From Octopus bimaculoides (lineage: Eukaryota), in contig NC_068989.1 of the NCBI RefSeq assembly GCF_001194135.2, positions 60,974,773 through 61,023,929 on the forward strand: 49,157 bases of DNA. The letters are read 5' to 3'. Both the position numbers and the translations under genes were made by a program. Below the pieces are notes generated by a model. That model made no database searches, was not told where the DNA came from, and saw only the letters and a program-made list of their open reading frames with translations. This document shows positions 13,189 to 25,764 of this stretch, one piece after another. Each line of letters starts with the position of its first letter. Within the stretch, counting starts at the first letter, position 1.

Positions 13189-13584
13189 GAGAAACTAAAA
13201 AAATGACACTCATGATACAATATAAAAAGACTTGAGAAAAATAGATGCTTTAACAAGTTCAAGAGGAGAAAACTCTAATTAGAATCTGAGTGTACTACTT
13301 CAAAGTTATCTAATTTTGCTGAATATTCGTAATCTGACTATGAGAAATTTAAGACGTTTCTGAGTGTCGTTTGTTGCCACATATTTTCGAATAAACTGCA
13401 GCATCACTTCATTATATTTTCACTTCTTTCTCCTTCCTGCAATCTGTTCCATAGGCACAGGCACGTAGAGGCACACAGGCAACAAACACACAATCACAAA
13501 TTCATTCGCACGTAGTGAAATACATATGTAGGAACACACATGCAAAATCCATGTGCCTTTAAATGGGACATTAAGAGATAACCG

Positions 13585-13646
<62 letters not shown>

Positions 13647-13799
13647 TACACACGAATACACACATACATTAATCGAAATGTAAAGTATTATATATCATTT
13701 ATGGCCGTTCTTATCAATCGGAGGTTTAGGATTATCTAATCCTGCGCTCATCAGAGGTAACCGTTATGGAATGAAATATGGCTACTATATATATATATA

Positions 13800-14130
13800 T
13801 GGGGGGAAAAGGTAAACAACGCATTAGTCATGAATGGCAATGGGACTGCCCCTTGAAAATTACCACCCGAGGCACAAGTCCGTCAAGTTTGTTTATGAAA
13901 GACCTGCAGTCGCACATGCATACCAGCCTCCCCTCTCGACGACACTGATATTATCCAAGGGAAAGGCAAAGTCTGACACAACTTGGCACCAATAACGTTG
14001 CAGCTCATTACTACAGCTGAGTGAACTGGAGCAATGTCAAATAAAGTGACTTGCGCAAGAACACACAGCCCGGTCCGGGAATCGAACTCACTATCTCATG
14101 ATTGTGAAACCGACGCGCTAACTACTACGG
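13800..14130 (-). mobile_element. tRNA-derived SINE (octopus-type)
   Basis: Minus-strand head GTAGTAGTTAGCGCGTCGGTTTCACAATCATGAGATAGTGAGTTCGATTCCCGGACCGGG with B-box GTTCGATTCC, followed by a typical SINE body. Confidence 0.75.
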
Positions 14131-15294
14131 TAGATGTGTGTACCTATATATACACACGCATGTTTATTTATACAGACACACACACACACGCACAGACAAA
14201 CCACACACGCACACACATATTAGATACCGATGAATATATGCAGGTGAAAACGATGCACTGAGGAAGTAAATTGCTGATGAATCACTTAGGGCAAACTGAT
14301 CCAAATGAAGAAGATAATTTTCATCTCTAACTGTCAAGAAAAATGATAATGTTATAAACAATTCATGATTAAGGTTTGGAAAGTCATAGACACATACTTA
14401 TAGCTATCATTACACAAACACACGCATGTATATATGTATATATANNNNNNNNNNNNNNNNNNNNNNNNNNNNNNNNNNNNNNNNNNNNNNNNNNNNNNNN
14501 NNNNNNNNNNNNNNNNNNNNNNNNNNNNNNNNNNNNNNNNNNNNNNNNNNNNNNNNNNNNNNNNNNNNNNNNNNNNNNNNNNNNNNNNNNNNNNNNNNNN
14601 NNNNNNNNNNNNNNNNNNNNNNNNNNNNNNNNNNNNNNNNNNNNNNNNNNNNNNNNNNNNNNNNNNNNNNNNNNNNNNNNNNNNNNNNNNNNNNNNNNNN
14701 NNNNNNNNNNNNNNNNNNNNNNNNNNNNNNNNNNNNNNNNNNNNNNNNNNNNNNNNNNNNNNNNNNNNNNNNNNNNNNNNNNNNNNNNNNNNNNNNNNNN
14801 NNNNNNNNNNNNNNNNNNNNNNNNNNNNNNNNNNNNNNNNNNNNNNNNNNNNNNNNNNNNNNNNNNNNNNNNNNNNNNNNNNNNNNNNNNNNNNNNNNNN
14901 NNNNNNNNNNNNNNAAAAATAAAGACAAATTTAATTTGCTGCACTTTTTGAAAAAAAAAATTATAGTTTTAATAGTAAACCCTTCTCTCCCCCCTCTTTG
15001 TTTTACTTTTTTCTCCTCCATTCAAATTTTTAATCCTTTCTCTTCATCTAGGCCATACTTCTTCTTCTCATACTTATCTCTCTTTCATGCTTCTCTCTCT
15101 CTCTCTCTCTCTCTTTCCTTTTCTTTCTTCTTCCTTCGTTTTTTCTTTTTCTCCTCTTCATTCCATCATTCACTTCCTTCCATCTTTCCCCTTCAAATAG
15201 ACCATTATCGCTCTTCCTGGACATAACTTTGTTTCATGTTTTTCCTCTCCTCCTCCCCTCCTCCTCCCCTCGTCTCTCTCACCTCATACTCCCA

Positions 15295-15480
15295 TACCGT
15301 TGTGTCCCTCATATTGGCGATGTGGAGTTGCAATGCCTAGAGGTAGTTCGGCAAGCTGTCTAACGACATTCTGTCGCACTTGTCCTTGGGGAAGCACACA
15401 ACTTCACTATATTTTGTGCGCTGTATGAGCTTGCACAGTTGTCACCAATGTTTGTGCTGGTTCGCATGTTTTCATAGTTG
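15295..15480 (+). pseudogene. Possible highly decayed Penelope-like GIY-YIG fragment between polypyrimidine tracts
   Basis: One frame reads FGKLSNDILSHLSLGKH...MSLH, loosely paralleling FGNDIPVSRHLCSNGH...LSLH of the 18.8-19.1 kb remnant; PHIGD lies upstream in another frame. Weak. Confidence 0.25.
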
Positions 15481-16081
15481 ATTTCGTTATTGTTGTTGTT
15501 GCTGTGGTCGTCCTTACCGTCCTCACTATTATCGTTATGCTTATAGCTATTTATTGTCTTCCGCGTCCTACTGTCCTCCCTTGGTCTTCATTTCCTTCAG
15601 AGCTTCTGCTGTTATTCTGGCCTCTTAAATATGATTTAAAAATTTCCCTCTATTAAGCACTCAATATTTTCCTTTTTCTCTTCCCTTCTCACTTTCACTA
15701 AACACATGTATCATAATATAATGTATCGGCTGGCTACCTGCTTTCCCACTCACTCTCATATTCCCTCTTCCTCTCCCTCACTCCAATCCCGCCTCCTCTC
15801 TAACAAGCTAAGGTGAAAAGTGTGAACGAACACATAGAATACTATAGATTTAGTTCAATACAAAAAATACCGTCCACGATTAACACACCACCACTACTAC
15901 TACTATCATTACTATAATATTCAGTAACAAAGTTCACTTTATTTCAGTTCAGCTGTTTGTTTATATCTATTTTTTCTTTCTGTCGAGGTTTCTCTACTCT
16001 GACAATACAAACGCAATGTGCCTCTCTCTCTCTATCTCTCTCTCTCTCTTTCTCTCTCTCCCTCTCTCTCTNNNNNNNNNN

Positions 16082-16118
<37 letters not shown>

Positions 16119-16738
16119 TCTCTCTTCCTCTTGCTATCTCTCTCATACACTTTCTCTCAATATTACTGCCTCCCCTGTCCATCTCTCTCTCTCTTCCTTT
16201 CTTTTGAGCTAAACGTTATAATCTTACGAATTACTTACGTTTGTATTTCTTTTCTCTTTTTTTTTTGCAGTTATTATTTAATATATACCTGAAACTCACC
16301 CCGATACACTTGTGGAATTATGTAAGTGCATATTTATTGAAAGTTTTTAACCAATTGTTTGGCATATTTTGATTTACATTGAATACTATTTATCTATTAT
16401 CATGAATAATGCCGCATAAAAGCATAATTATGTTTAATAATGTATTACATAAATCAATGTCATTTTTCTGTACGATTTACGTTTGCATGCTTCAAATGTT
16501 CTCCTTATAAATTGTAAATTTTCATTTCTTTCGACCAGATGTTTGAAATAGATATTGATACATTTACGCATCGTGGAGAATACTATATCAATTGAAAGAG
16601 AAATCGCAACCGTAAAAATGTACACGAACGCGCACACAAGCACACAAGCGCACAGCTATGAATATGTTAGAACATTTACATGCAAATGACTATTAAAAGA
16701 TGTCCGGGTGTCAGTTGGAAATATTCCTACATGCACAA

Positions 16739-16953
16739 GGCGGCAAACTAGTAGAAACATTAGCACGTCGGGCGAAATGCTTAGCAGTATTTCATCTGTC
16801 TTTACGTTCTGAGTTCAAACTCCGCCGAGATCGACTTTATCTTTCATCCTTTCGGGGTCGATAAATTAAATACCAGTTTCGTACTGGGGTCGATGTAATC
16901 GACTGGCCCGCTCCCCCAAAATTTCGGGCCTTGTACCTAGAGTAGAAAAGAAT
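16739..16953 (+). mobile_element. tRNA-derived SINE, near full length (family also at 28.75, 28.97, 35.46, 35.65 and 41.35 kb)
   Basis: GGCGGCAAACTAGTAGAAACATTAGCACG...GAGTTCAAACTCC (B-box-like)...TTTCATCCTTTCGGGGTCGATAAATTAA...GGGCCTTGTACCTAGAGTAGAAAAGAAT; multiple copies align within the window. Confidence 0.9.
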
Positions 16954-17116
16954 ATTCCTACAAGCATATCTATACACACATTCACATTCATATCGATATA
17001 CAAGTAAATGCGTGCATATATATGCATATAGGAATATGTATATATGTATATATATATACATATATACGCACACATATTGCTAAACACACACGCACACACA
17101 CAACGCGCGCGCACGC

Positions 17117-17165
<49 letters not shown>

Positions 17166-17216
17166 CACATATCATCGTATATATATATATATATATAATC
17201 ATTATCATCTATATAA

Positions 17217-17558
17217 AGTAAAATCTATTTGTGAACGTAAGGTGGCGGTCTTAACCTCAGGAAAACATATTTTCCAGCACGACCAGTGTCTGAAGTATAC
17301 TGTGAGCAAGGGAGCGTACTAATCCCTCCAAGCCACTAGTAGCATCAACAGATCAATGGTAATTCCTCGTCCACCGTTTTGGAAAACCGCCGGCTAGAGA
17401 TATCTTACTCGACCCTACTCACAGAATATAAATATAGAGGTAACAGACAGTCGTTGATGTCGTAACGTTTAAAATAGCTAGTTTTAAATCTTCGAATGAG
17501 ATGTAAGTAGTTAATAAGCTTCATAGTAAAATCTATTTGCCAACGTAAGATGGCAGTC
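17217..17558 (+). repeat. Pair of 34-bp imperfect direct repeats (17217-17250 and 17525-17558)
   Basis: AGTAAAATCTATTTGTGAACGTAAGGTGGCGGTC vs AGTAAAATCTATTTGCCAACGTAAGATGGCAGTC. Confidence 0.7.
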
Positions 17559-17650
17559 CTGCGTAGGACCATGCACCACATTAGCGACAGAACCAGTATT
17601 AGAGAACGACGAAAACAGTACGTGGTTTAAAAACAATCTTAAGCTATTGT

Positions 17651-17651
<1 letters not shown>

Positions 17652-17736
<85 letters not shown>
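17652..17736. repeat. (TATC)n microsatellite
   Basis: Direct read. Confidence 0.97.
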
Positions 17737-17737
<1 letters not shown>

Positions 17738-18071
17738 ACTGTCTGTCTGTTTCTTTTATGTCTTTGTAGCTTTATTAATAATGCATATTTCTCTGCCTCT
17801 AGTATTCGAGTACAAGTTTTCCACCTTGTTTCACATTTATCTGCTGGTATATANNNNNNNNNNNNNNNNNNNNNNNNNNNNNNNNNNNNNNNNNNNNNNN
17901 NNNNNNNNNNNNNNNNNNNNNNNNNNNNNNNNNNNNNNNNNNNNNNNNNNNNNNNNNNNNNNNNNNNNNNNNNNNNNNNNNNNNNNNNNNNNNNNNNNNN
18001 NNNNNNNNNNNNNNNNNNNNNNNNNNNNNNNNNNNNNNNNNNNNNNNNNNNNNNNNNNNNNNNNNNNNNNN

Positions 18072-19125
18072 CAGTCTTCCACACAAAGGAACATAGAACG
18101 AAACAGGGAGAGAAAATAAAGAATGTGTCGTGGCTAGTGATCCATCATGCCGAATACCGAACTGAGGGGTCACACAGAAGAGCTAGGAAGAAGGGGAGAT
18201 AATAAAGTGGTGGTGATCCCAAAACGAAGGTGAGCGTATAAGAGAGCCTGTATGTGCGTGTGGAAGAGGGCTGGTGCCCTTGTGTGCGTGTGTGCAAGTG
18301 CAGGTGTGTGGATGATGGTGGGTGCTGGGAAGTGGTCAGTGCTAATGTGTGCGAGGTGGTGTGATGTGATGTGGTGTTGTGAGGAATGGTGATGTGTGGT
18401 GTGTTGGTGTGTTGTGTGGTGTGGTGGTGTTGGGATATGGGTGAGGTGAGAGTGGGGAAAGCAAGAGTGTGGTGTGGTTTAGGCTGAGGGTGGGGGTAGA
18501 GGTGGGGATGTGGGAGTGGGTGTAAGGGATGGGGGTGGGGTGGCGTGAGATGGATATGGAAGGTGGGGATGGATTGTGTAGAGGTAGGATTACGAGGGAG
18601 GGGTGACGATGAAGAGAGGGGGAAGGGAGAAGGTGGGTAGGAATGAAGAGAAGAGAGAAGGAAGGTAGGAGTAAAGAGAAGTTGGAGTCGGATTAAGAGA
18701 GGAGAGGTGGGTGGGAGGAAGTAGGTGTTTGGGGAAGAAAGAAGAGGGGAGGAGGGTAAGATGAAGAGGGGATGGGAGTCAGCCAATATGGCAGAAAGGA
18801 GCCAAGAGAGAAGATTTACCTTTGTTCACGACGAAGGCCGGAGTCCGGATCGTCCCTGTGCAAGGACAATCCGCACACAGACAGGTGTTGCAAAGAGTGA
18901 CCGTTAGAGCAAAGATGGCGCGAGACAGGGATGTCATTGCCGAATCAGATGTCTCGGAGGCGTTCCGCGAACCGGTCAGCCAAGCGGCGTCCCGTTTGCC
19001 CGATGTATAGAGAAGGGCAGAGAGAACAGGAGAATTAGTAGATGACATTGCTAGAAGTGCAGATGAAGGAATCGGTGAGATGATAGGGTCGATGATGGGT
19101 GCCGGTGAAGAGGGTGGTTTCGGAG
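18072..19125 (-). mobile_element. Penelope-like element 3' remnant: GIY-YIG endonuclease pseudogene (18774-19076) plus pyrimidine-rich tail
   Basis: Minus frame TDSFICTSSNVIY*FSCSLCPSLYIGQTGRRLADRFAERLRDI*FGNDIPVSRHLCSNGHSLQHLSVCGLSLH...RREQR*IFSLG. It has the VIY/YIG motifs with an intervening CxxC, the conserved R, and three stops. The low-complexity tail 18180-18770 runs toward an N gap. Confidence 0.9.
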
Positions 19126-19954
19126 AGAGTTATAGGTATATATGTGTTTGGATGGGTTATGGGAGAGTGAATAGTGTCTGTATCTAAGTATGTAAGTACA
19201 TGTACATACATACATATTTACAAACACATATCAACAATAATTATATTTGTGAGGAGAACTGATTCCATCGCTTGTTTCTTATCTATAAAACTGTTAACCT
19301 TAGATGAATTGGAAATCCTAATAGTTACTATGTAAGATAACAAGGGAGAAAATGTGGGAAATTACGGAAAATGATTCAAAGATGTGATGTGGATGCTAAT
19401 TGGGAGACAGTGCATATTCTGGAGCTAATTCAGTTATGTAGGTAAATATATACGATTGATCTTATACATTATACTGTATTTTATTAGACGGAAACAAGTA
19501 ACAAACATACAGAAACATTTGAGTTCAGTGTTTCGATTAATCGCTAGACTAAAACAATATTCTGAAGAAATATATAAGGTGCGTCCCTGGAATAGAAGGG
19601 ATTCATATACATCTTCTTGGAGTTAAATAGATTCCAGATTCTAGCCGAAATAATTTTCATTATTGTGGAAGTGATTCAAAACTTTGGGAGATCTACAATA
19701 TAATACAGGCATGACAAATATGATTAAATTTGTTTTACTGGTTTTTGTCAAGGAAGTGTACCATTTTGATTACTCCTGTACAGAAGGTATGTATGGGTGC
19801 GATATCAGCAAGTATTGACTTCTTATAATGAATTGAGGAATGACTTCTCTAAATGTTGCATTGAGGTGAAGTCCTGATTTTGAAAAAAATTGCATTGTGG
19901 ATTGATACAGCTCATCTTCCTATGATATATATATATATATANNNNNNNNNNCTC

Positions 19955-19995
<41 letters not shown>

Positions 19996-22209
19996 GTGGG
20001 TTCATGAAGTTAACATTGGCATAATGCTGCGAGGGGTATATCTCTTAACAATTTTAAAGCCTATTGCATGGGACGTTTGCGTTCGTCGCCCTCTTAGATG
20101 AATCGTGTGAGCTTGCATGAATTATTGGAGTAGACAAACAAGTATTTATATGATGTGGAACAGCTTATTGATTATCATTTCCCTTGTATTCTGTTTGATT
20201 ACTTTTATATGTGTAATGGGCTTACAAGTTTGCGTACATCATATAAGGTCATGGAAATGTGTGATGCCTATATAAATGTGTGATGGAGAGCTCGTATATA
20301 AAAAGTATATGCATTTCTACGTATACCAATGTATTCGTACACACATATGCATACACACTTATACGTGTACGTATATATATATATATATATATATACATAT
20401 ATACATATATGCCCGTGTGTGCGTGTGTGTGTGTGCGCGCGAGTGTGTGAGAGCATGTGTGTACGAATGTATGTATGTAAATATTCATGCGCATATACCT
20501 CATTGTATCAGTTACTCAATTACATGAGTTAAGTAAATAGTTTCAGCGTCTGACTAAACCCAACGACCTTACATTTTATTAGGTGGGGGAGTTTGGGTGG
20601 ATGGCAGGTATCTATTTCTACAGATAGTTTGACTAGCTTCTAAGGCATTAATGGAAAATAACGTAAAATGCCATTAACTGAAAATAGAAACTGCGATGCG
20701 GTTTGCGCAGACGTATCGTTTGCTCGACGATACTCGCCAAAGATAAATGAATAGTAAATTGATTTCTCAATATAGCGTTGCTAAATTTGTTAATACTTAT
20801 CTAAAATGACAATATGGCGGCTGTATCTGTTGCAGTGATCAATCAACATTCAGCTACATGTCATAGTATGTCACCGAGATAAATATTTCCAGCTTCTTTA
20901 AAAAAAATTAACTCATTAATATGATACTCAAAAAGGAAATACAGGCAGATTCTTTCTAATCTCTATAGTTAAAGTGTAAGATTTATTAGCGCAAAGTGAA
21001 CAAATGACAAGAATATGACATGGAGTCAGAATAGAATTTGATATCACTAACATATATGTAGGAATTGGTTCAGTAGAAAATTTCTGAATCAGATCATCTC
21101 ATAATCCAGAAAATGCAAGAATGCAATATTTTAATTTTATTGTTTTTCTTTTTTATAAAGAATATTTTTCTTAGATATAAAGACACTAGCACGAATGGTT
21201 ACACCAGGCGCCTTGGTCATGTACTGAAAGCTATTGCAGCATCATGTGCCACTGATAACCAATGCTGTTTTCATAGATCTATGTATTATATAACTGATTG
21301 TTACACACACATACACACACACACACACACTCACGCACACACACTCACACACACACACGCACACACACCTTCCTACCAATAATAATGTTGTCCATTGTTC
21401 AGCATTTATTTAATTGTCATCCACCCTAGTAAATACCACGAATGATAGTCTCTCTAACAGGCGTTTAACATAAATTGTCTAAGGCTCATGAAGTATTTAT
21501 ACGACAGATATATCTTGAAAACTACTTTATCTCCAATAATCTATCCTTATCTCAATATTAAGAGATATCCCTTTGGTATGAAAATCAGCACTTACGTACT
21601 TTAATCGTATCTACATAGACAATCTAGTTAATGCACAATTTATTGCTGCTCAGTAAGATGTAAATCAACTTACACCTCCGTTATAAAAATGAGACACATA
21701 TCACCCAAAATGAAACGTTAATCATTTGTAAATAGATCTTATATATTCTACCTCACTACAGCGGCTGAATTTTAGAATTCTCATCTTCATAATTAAACTT
21801 TAATGAACCTGGTGGTTTAGTGCTGCTGCTTACCATATCAGCACACCCTTCACAATTCTCACGTCAATAGTTTACGTAATGACGCAGATTGAATAATAAT
21901 TATAAATGCATGTCATTGTATATTGCTCAGCATATATGTTTATCAAGTCATGAAACAATTTTCAGAGTGACAGGTCAATCTGCTATGTAGGTGGGCATGG
22001 AAATGAAAGACTTCTTTAATATTAATTCAGTAAACAGTAGGACCCGCAAGAACTACTGATGGTTTATATCGATAAATAATGAGAATAAACAGTTCAATGC
22101 ATCATAAATTGAGTTGCTGTGCATAAGAGAAAAAAAAAAGATGTATCGTTTCAAGTTATAACATTAGTCGAGAAGTGATATTCCAGAAAGTACTGAATAC
22201 ATGTATTGA

Positions 22210-22340
<131 letters not shown>

Positions 22341-22779
22341 AGAAATGGCGAGATGTACAGAGAACGAAGTTGAATTAGAAAAAAATAATGAAGAATAAAA
22401 TGGAGAATAATAAGAGTGAAGACCATTACGAGAACCGTTGAGCGGGCGAGATAAAGTAGAGAATATCCAGTAAATTTGAAAACTGAAGAAGGATCGTTTC
22501 AGGTCAGGGGAGAGGAGGACACAAACATCTGAAACAAATTGTCAAACTGCAATATATTAAATAGTGAGATTTTGATAAGGTGAAAACTATTTAAATTAAT
22601 GCCTAAAGTCGAAACGTTTCAGCACAAAGTAAGTTTTCTCAGAATTCTTTATTTAGCGCCTGCAGAAATAGAAATGTGGCCCATGGATTGACCTGATAAA
22701 CTGAATTATGACGCTAATCTTTGGAAAGGCTGATTAGAAGCAAATGTGTTGAAGATATACAGGTGCACTTATTAATAGA

Positions 22780-23700
22780 TATGACAGTCAACTTAAAACT
22801 TCAAAAGATGACCAAGATATTCTCATGGAATGTGATCCAATGAGATTTTTTCCCCATAGTTCTCCTTGCGGTCCACAAATACCTTCCTTCGGTGTTACAG
22901 TGCTTGGATCCCATTAAAAATGAGCTTTAATCCTATTGCTCGAAATGCCATCAACAGGAAATATGACATCACCCCTGCGATAGTGTTTCCCAGCCAAGTG
23001 CTCTTTCATGTTGGGGAAAAGATGATACGCAGTTGGGGCCATTTAAAAACTACAGTCAGGCATATCAGTTATTGAAACCAAGGATTTGTGTGCTGGAACA
23101 TCGTCCTGAAGAAACAAGACTCGTAAGTTTTCCTGCGCGTTTGGCCTTGAACTTTTGTAGCTGTCTCAGCAATTACGCATAGTACTTTCCATTGATAGTG
23201 TGACCCTGTTGAAGATAAGCACAATGCATTTTGCCTCCCAAAAAACTAAGGCCATCAACTTCTATGCAGATCAAACAACTTTGGCCTTCTTTAAGAGTAG
23301 GTGAGAAGAGGTGTTTCCACTGCATAAATTATTTCTTTCTCTCTGGCTCTATCCTCGTTTCCGAAAAGCTCACCCAAACCAGCTGGATCTGCCTCAAACA
23401 TTGTGATCAGCTTGGTGCAATCTTCATTAGGTGTCAGAAGACGTGACACCCACCTAAAAGAAACCTTTGTTTTGCCAAGTCCATTGTGAAGAATATTCTC
23501 AAGTAGTCCACAAGAAATTGCAATCGCCTTGGCTATTTGATTTATTGCCAATCGCGTGTCATCCATTGAACATGATAAATATTTTTCTATGTGGTGGCAG
23601 GTGTTGGACATCAGAATATTGGGTCACTTTCGAGACTCTCCCTTCCTATCCTAAATTCAGCTGTTCACTTTTGTACTATCGTTAAATAGCTCAATCCATG
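22780..23700 (-). mobile_element. Decayed mariner-type transposon (transposase pseudogene ~22850-23690)
   Basis: Minus-strand fragments VQK*TAEFRIGRESLESDP, DDTRLAINQIAKAIAIS...LHNGLGKTKVSFRWVSRLLTP, YLQQGHTINGKYYA*LLRQL, LQDDVPAHKSLVS, YHLFPNMKEHLAGKHY and GIQAL*HRRKVFVDRKENYGEK; many stops, frameshifts and deletions. Confidence 0.92.
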
Positions 23701-23874
23701 TTTATTTGACCTGGAATGGGAGGTGGCTTTCTCCGTCTTCAAGTTATTGCAAAATAGGCTGTGTGATTAAGGTGACAGACAATAATGAGAACATTGACAT
23801 TTAAGAAAATCGAACATTTTTAATTAACTATCATTGCAATAGATAAATATTCATGATGAACACACACACACACG

Positions 23875-23920
<46 letters not shown>

Positions 23921-24042
23921 CATAGACAAACATACACAGAAACAGACAGACACACACACATATATGCACATATATATAAACTTACTTGGAAATGGATGCA
24001 TGGAGTTCAGTCATATAATAATATAAATTATATATATATCTA

Positions 24043-24084
<42 letters not shown>

Positions 24085-24263
24085 TATATATTTCTGTGTG
24101 AGTTAGAGGTTGGGAAACCAACCAACTAAAGTTTAATACTTATCCAATATACTGCTGGTATTGTACACAATTATTCATACCCAAGTGCGAGTTATTCCGT
24201 GGCAATCTCGCAATTGAGTGTTATATATGGGTGGGGTAACAAATGGTTTACCCTTTATTTATA

Positions 24264-25282
24264 TGGCAAATAAGAAAATGGAGAGGATGCAAAAACGACA
24301 TACATCCGCCGGTAGACAATCTAGTATGTTTATTTATTCCAATGCATTAGAACGTATTAAAAGAATACATACACATGTAATGACCATGAATTACATAAAC
24401 ATGTACTAATATTACAGTAAATGACCAAAGATCAGAAAGTCACTAGGTATTAGTTCCTTACGGCCGTTTCTGCCAAGGGGCAACGAAATCCTTCATGCCA
24501 TTTCCATCTCTTCAGTGTTCTGTACCCATGGGCAGATAAAGTTTGGATGATGAATGTGCCTCTAGTCTTCTTCAGAGGGTCTAAGTGGTTGGGAGGGCTA
24601 ATACATACAAAAACCGCCTAAATTCACCTTTCCTGAAAAAACTCCTGAGAATGACTATATACACCTATTTTCAATTGGACGAAATAACATGGCTCTTGGA
24701 ATACATCACGGGAAGTCTGTAGCTTATTTCACCTTGCTATACCCAAACAATTTTACTAAGTTGTACTTCAGCCACACCCTCATGTTTGTTTTTATTCTTG
24801 CTCATATTCTTTTTCTGCCCCTTTTAAAGAAAAGACAAACACACTGTACCTATTGTTTCCTGTTTTTATATGTATTAGCCCTCGCAACCATTTAGACACT
24901 GTGAAGAAGCCTAGAGGCACATTCATCATCCAAACTTTATCTGCCCATCACTACAGAACACTATAGAGATGGAGATGGCATGGAGGATTTCGTTGCCTCT
25001 TGGCAGAAACAGTCGTAAGGAACTAGTAAGTAGTGACAATCTGATCTTTTGCTATTTTCTGTAATATTAGTACATGTATATGTAATACACGGTTATTACA
25101 TGGACATCAGAACATTGGGTCACTTTCGAGACTCTCCCTTCCTATCCTAAATTCAGCTGTTCACTTTTGTACTATCGTTAAATAGCTCAATCCATGTTTA
25201 TACATTTGAATAAATAGACATACTAGAATGTCTACCGGCTGATGTAAGTCGTTTTTGTATCCTCTCCATTTTCTTATTTGCC

Positions 25283-25283
<1 letters not shown>
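24264..25283. mobile_element. ~1-kb foldback/MITE with ~350-bp inverted arms, flanked by TA
   Basis: Arm 24264-24616 is the diverged reverse complement of 24862-25283. Termini TA|(C/T)GGCAAATAAG...CTTATTTGCCG|TA; 245-bp spacer. Confidence 0.85.

Positions 25284-25359
<76 letters not shown>
25284..25359. repeat. (TA)n microsatellite
   Basis: Direct read. Confidence 0.97.
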
Positions 25360-25361
<2 letters not shown>

Positions 25362-25396
25362 GCATAAATGGGTACAGGATGGCACGAAACGTAAGC

Positions 25397-25612
25397 AACA
25401 TAAAATACGAAATAGGAAAACAACGAGAACTACGATGACAAACTTGGGTATCCAAACGACAAGAGGTGAGGAGTAGATGGAAAGCCGACGACTGATGAAG
25501 GGCCGTTCTTTATGTTACTGGTCTTCTTTTCCATTTGTTTCTCTTGTTTAGATTTGGATACCCAAGTTTGTCTTCGTATTTAACTTGTTTTCGTATTTCG
25601 TATTTCATGTTT
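25397..25612. repeat. Imperfect inverted repeat, ~70-bp arms
   Basis: AACATAAAATACGAAATAGGAAAACAA...GACAAACTTGGGTATCCAAA...CAAGAG pairs with CTCTTG...TTTGGATACCCAAGTTTGTC...TTGTTTTCGTATTTCGTATTTCATGTT. Confidence 0.8.
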
Positions 25613-25631
25613 ACATTTTGTATATACATAT

Positions 25632-25673
<42 letters not shown>

Positions 25674-25713
25674 GCTTGTATGTACATATATATATGCATA
25701 TATGCACACACAC

Positions 25714-25764
<51 letters not shown>

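Noticed and set aside
18145-18786. 213-aa Pro/His/Thr-rich minus-strand ORF
   Set aside because: It is the low-complexity pyrimidine-rich tail of the Penelope-like remnant; composition explains the lack of stops.
19041-19043. Selenocysteine-type recoding at the Cys position of the PLE endonuclease (VIY*)
   Set aside because: The codon is TAA, not TGA, neighbouring bases are also mutated, and other stops occur at non-Cys positions; ordinary decay suffices.
25492-25530. Hammerhead at CTGATGAAGGG
   Set aside because: Only the first core box is present; no stem II closure, GAAA or cleavage triplet follows.
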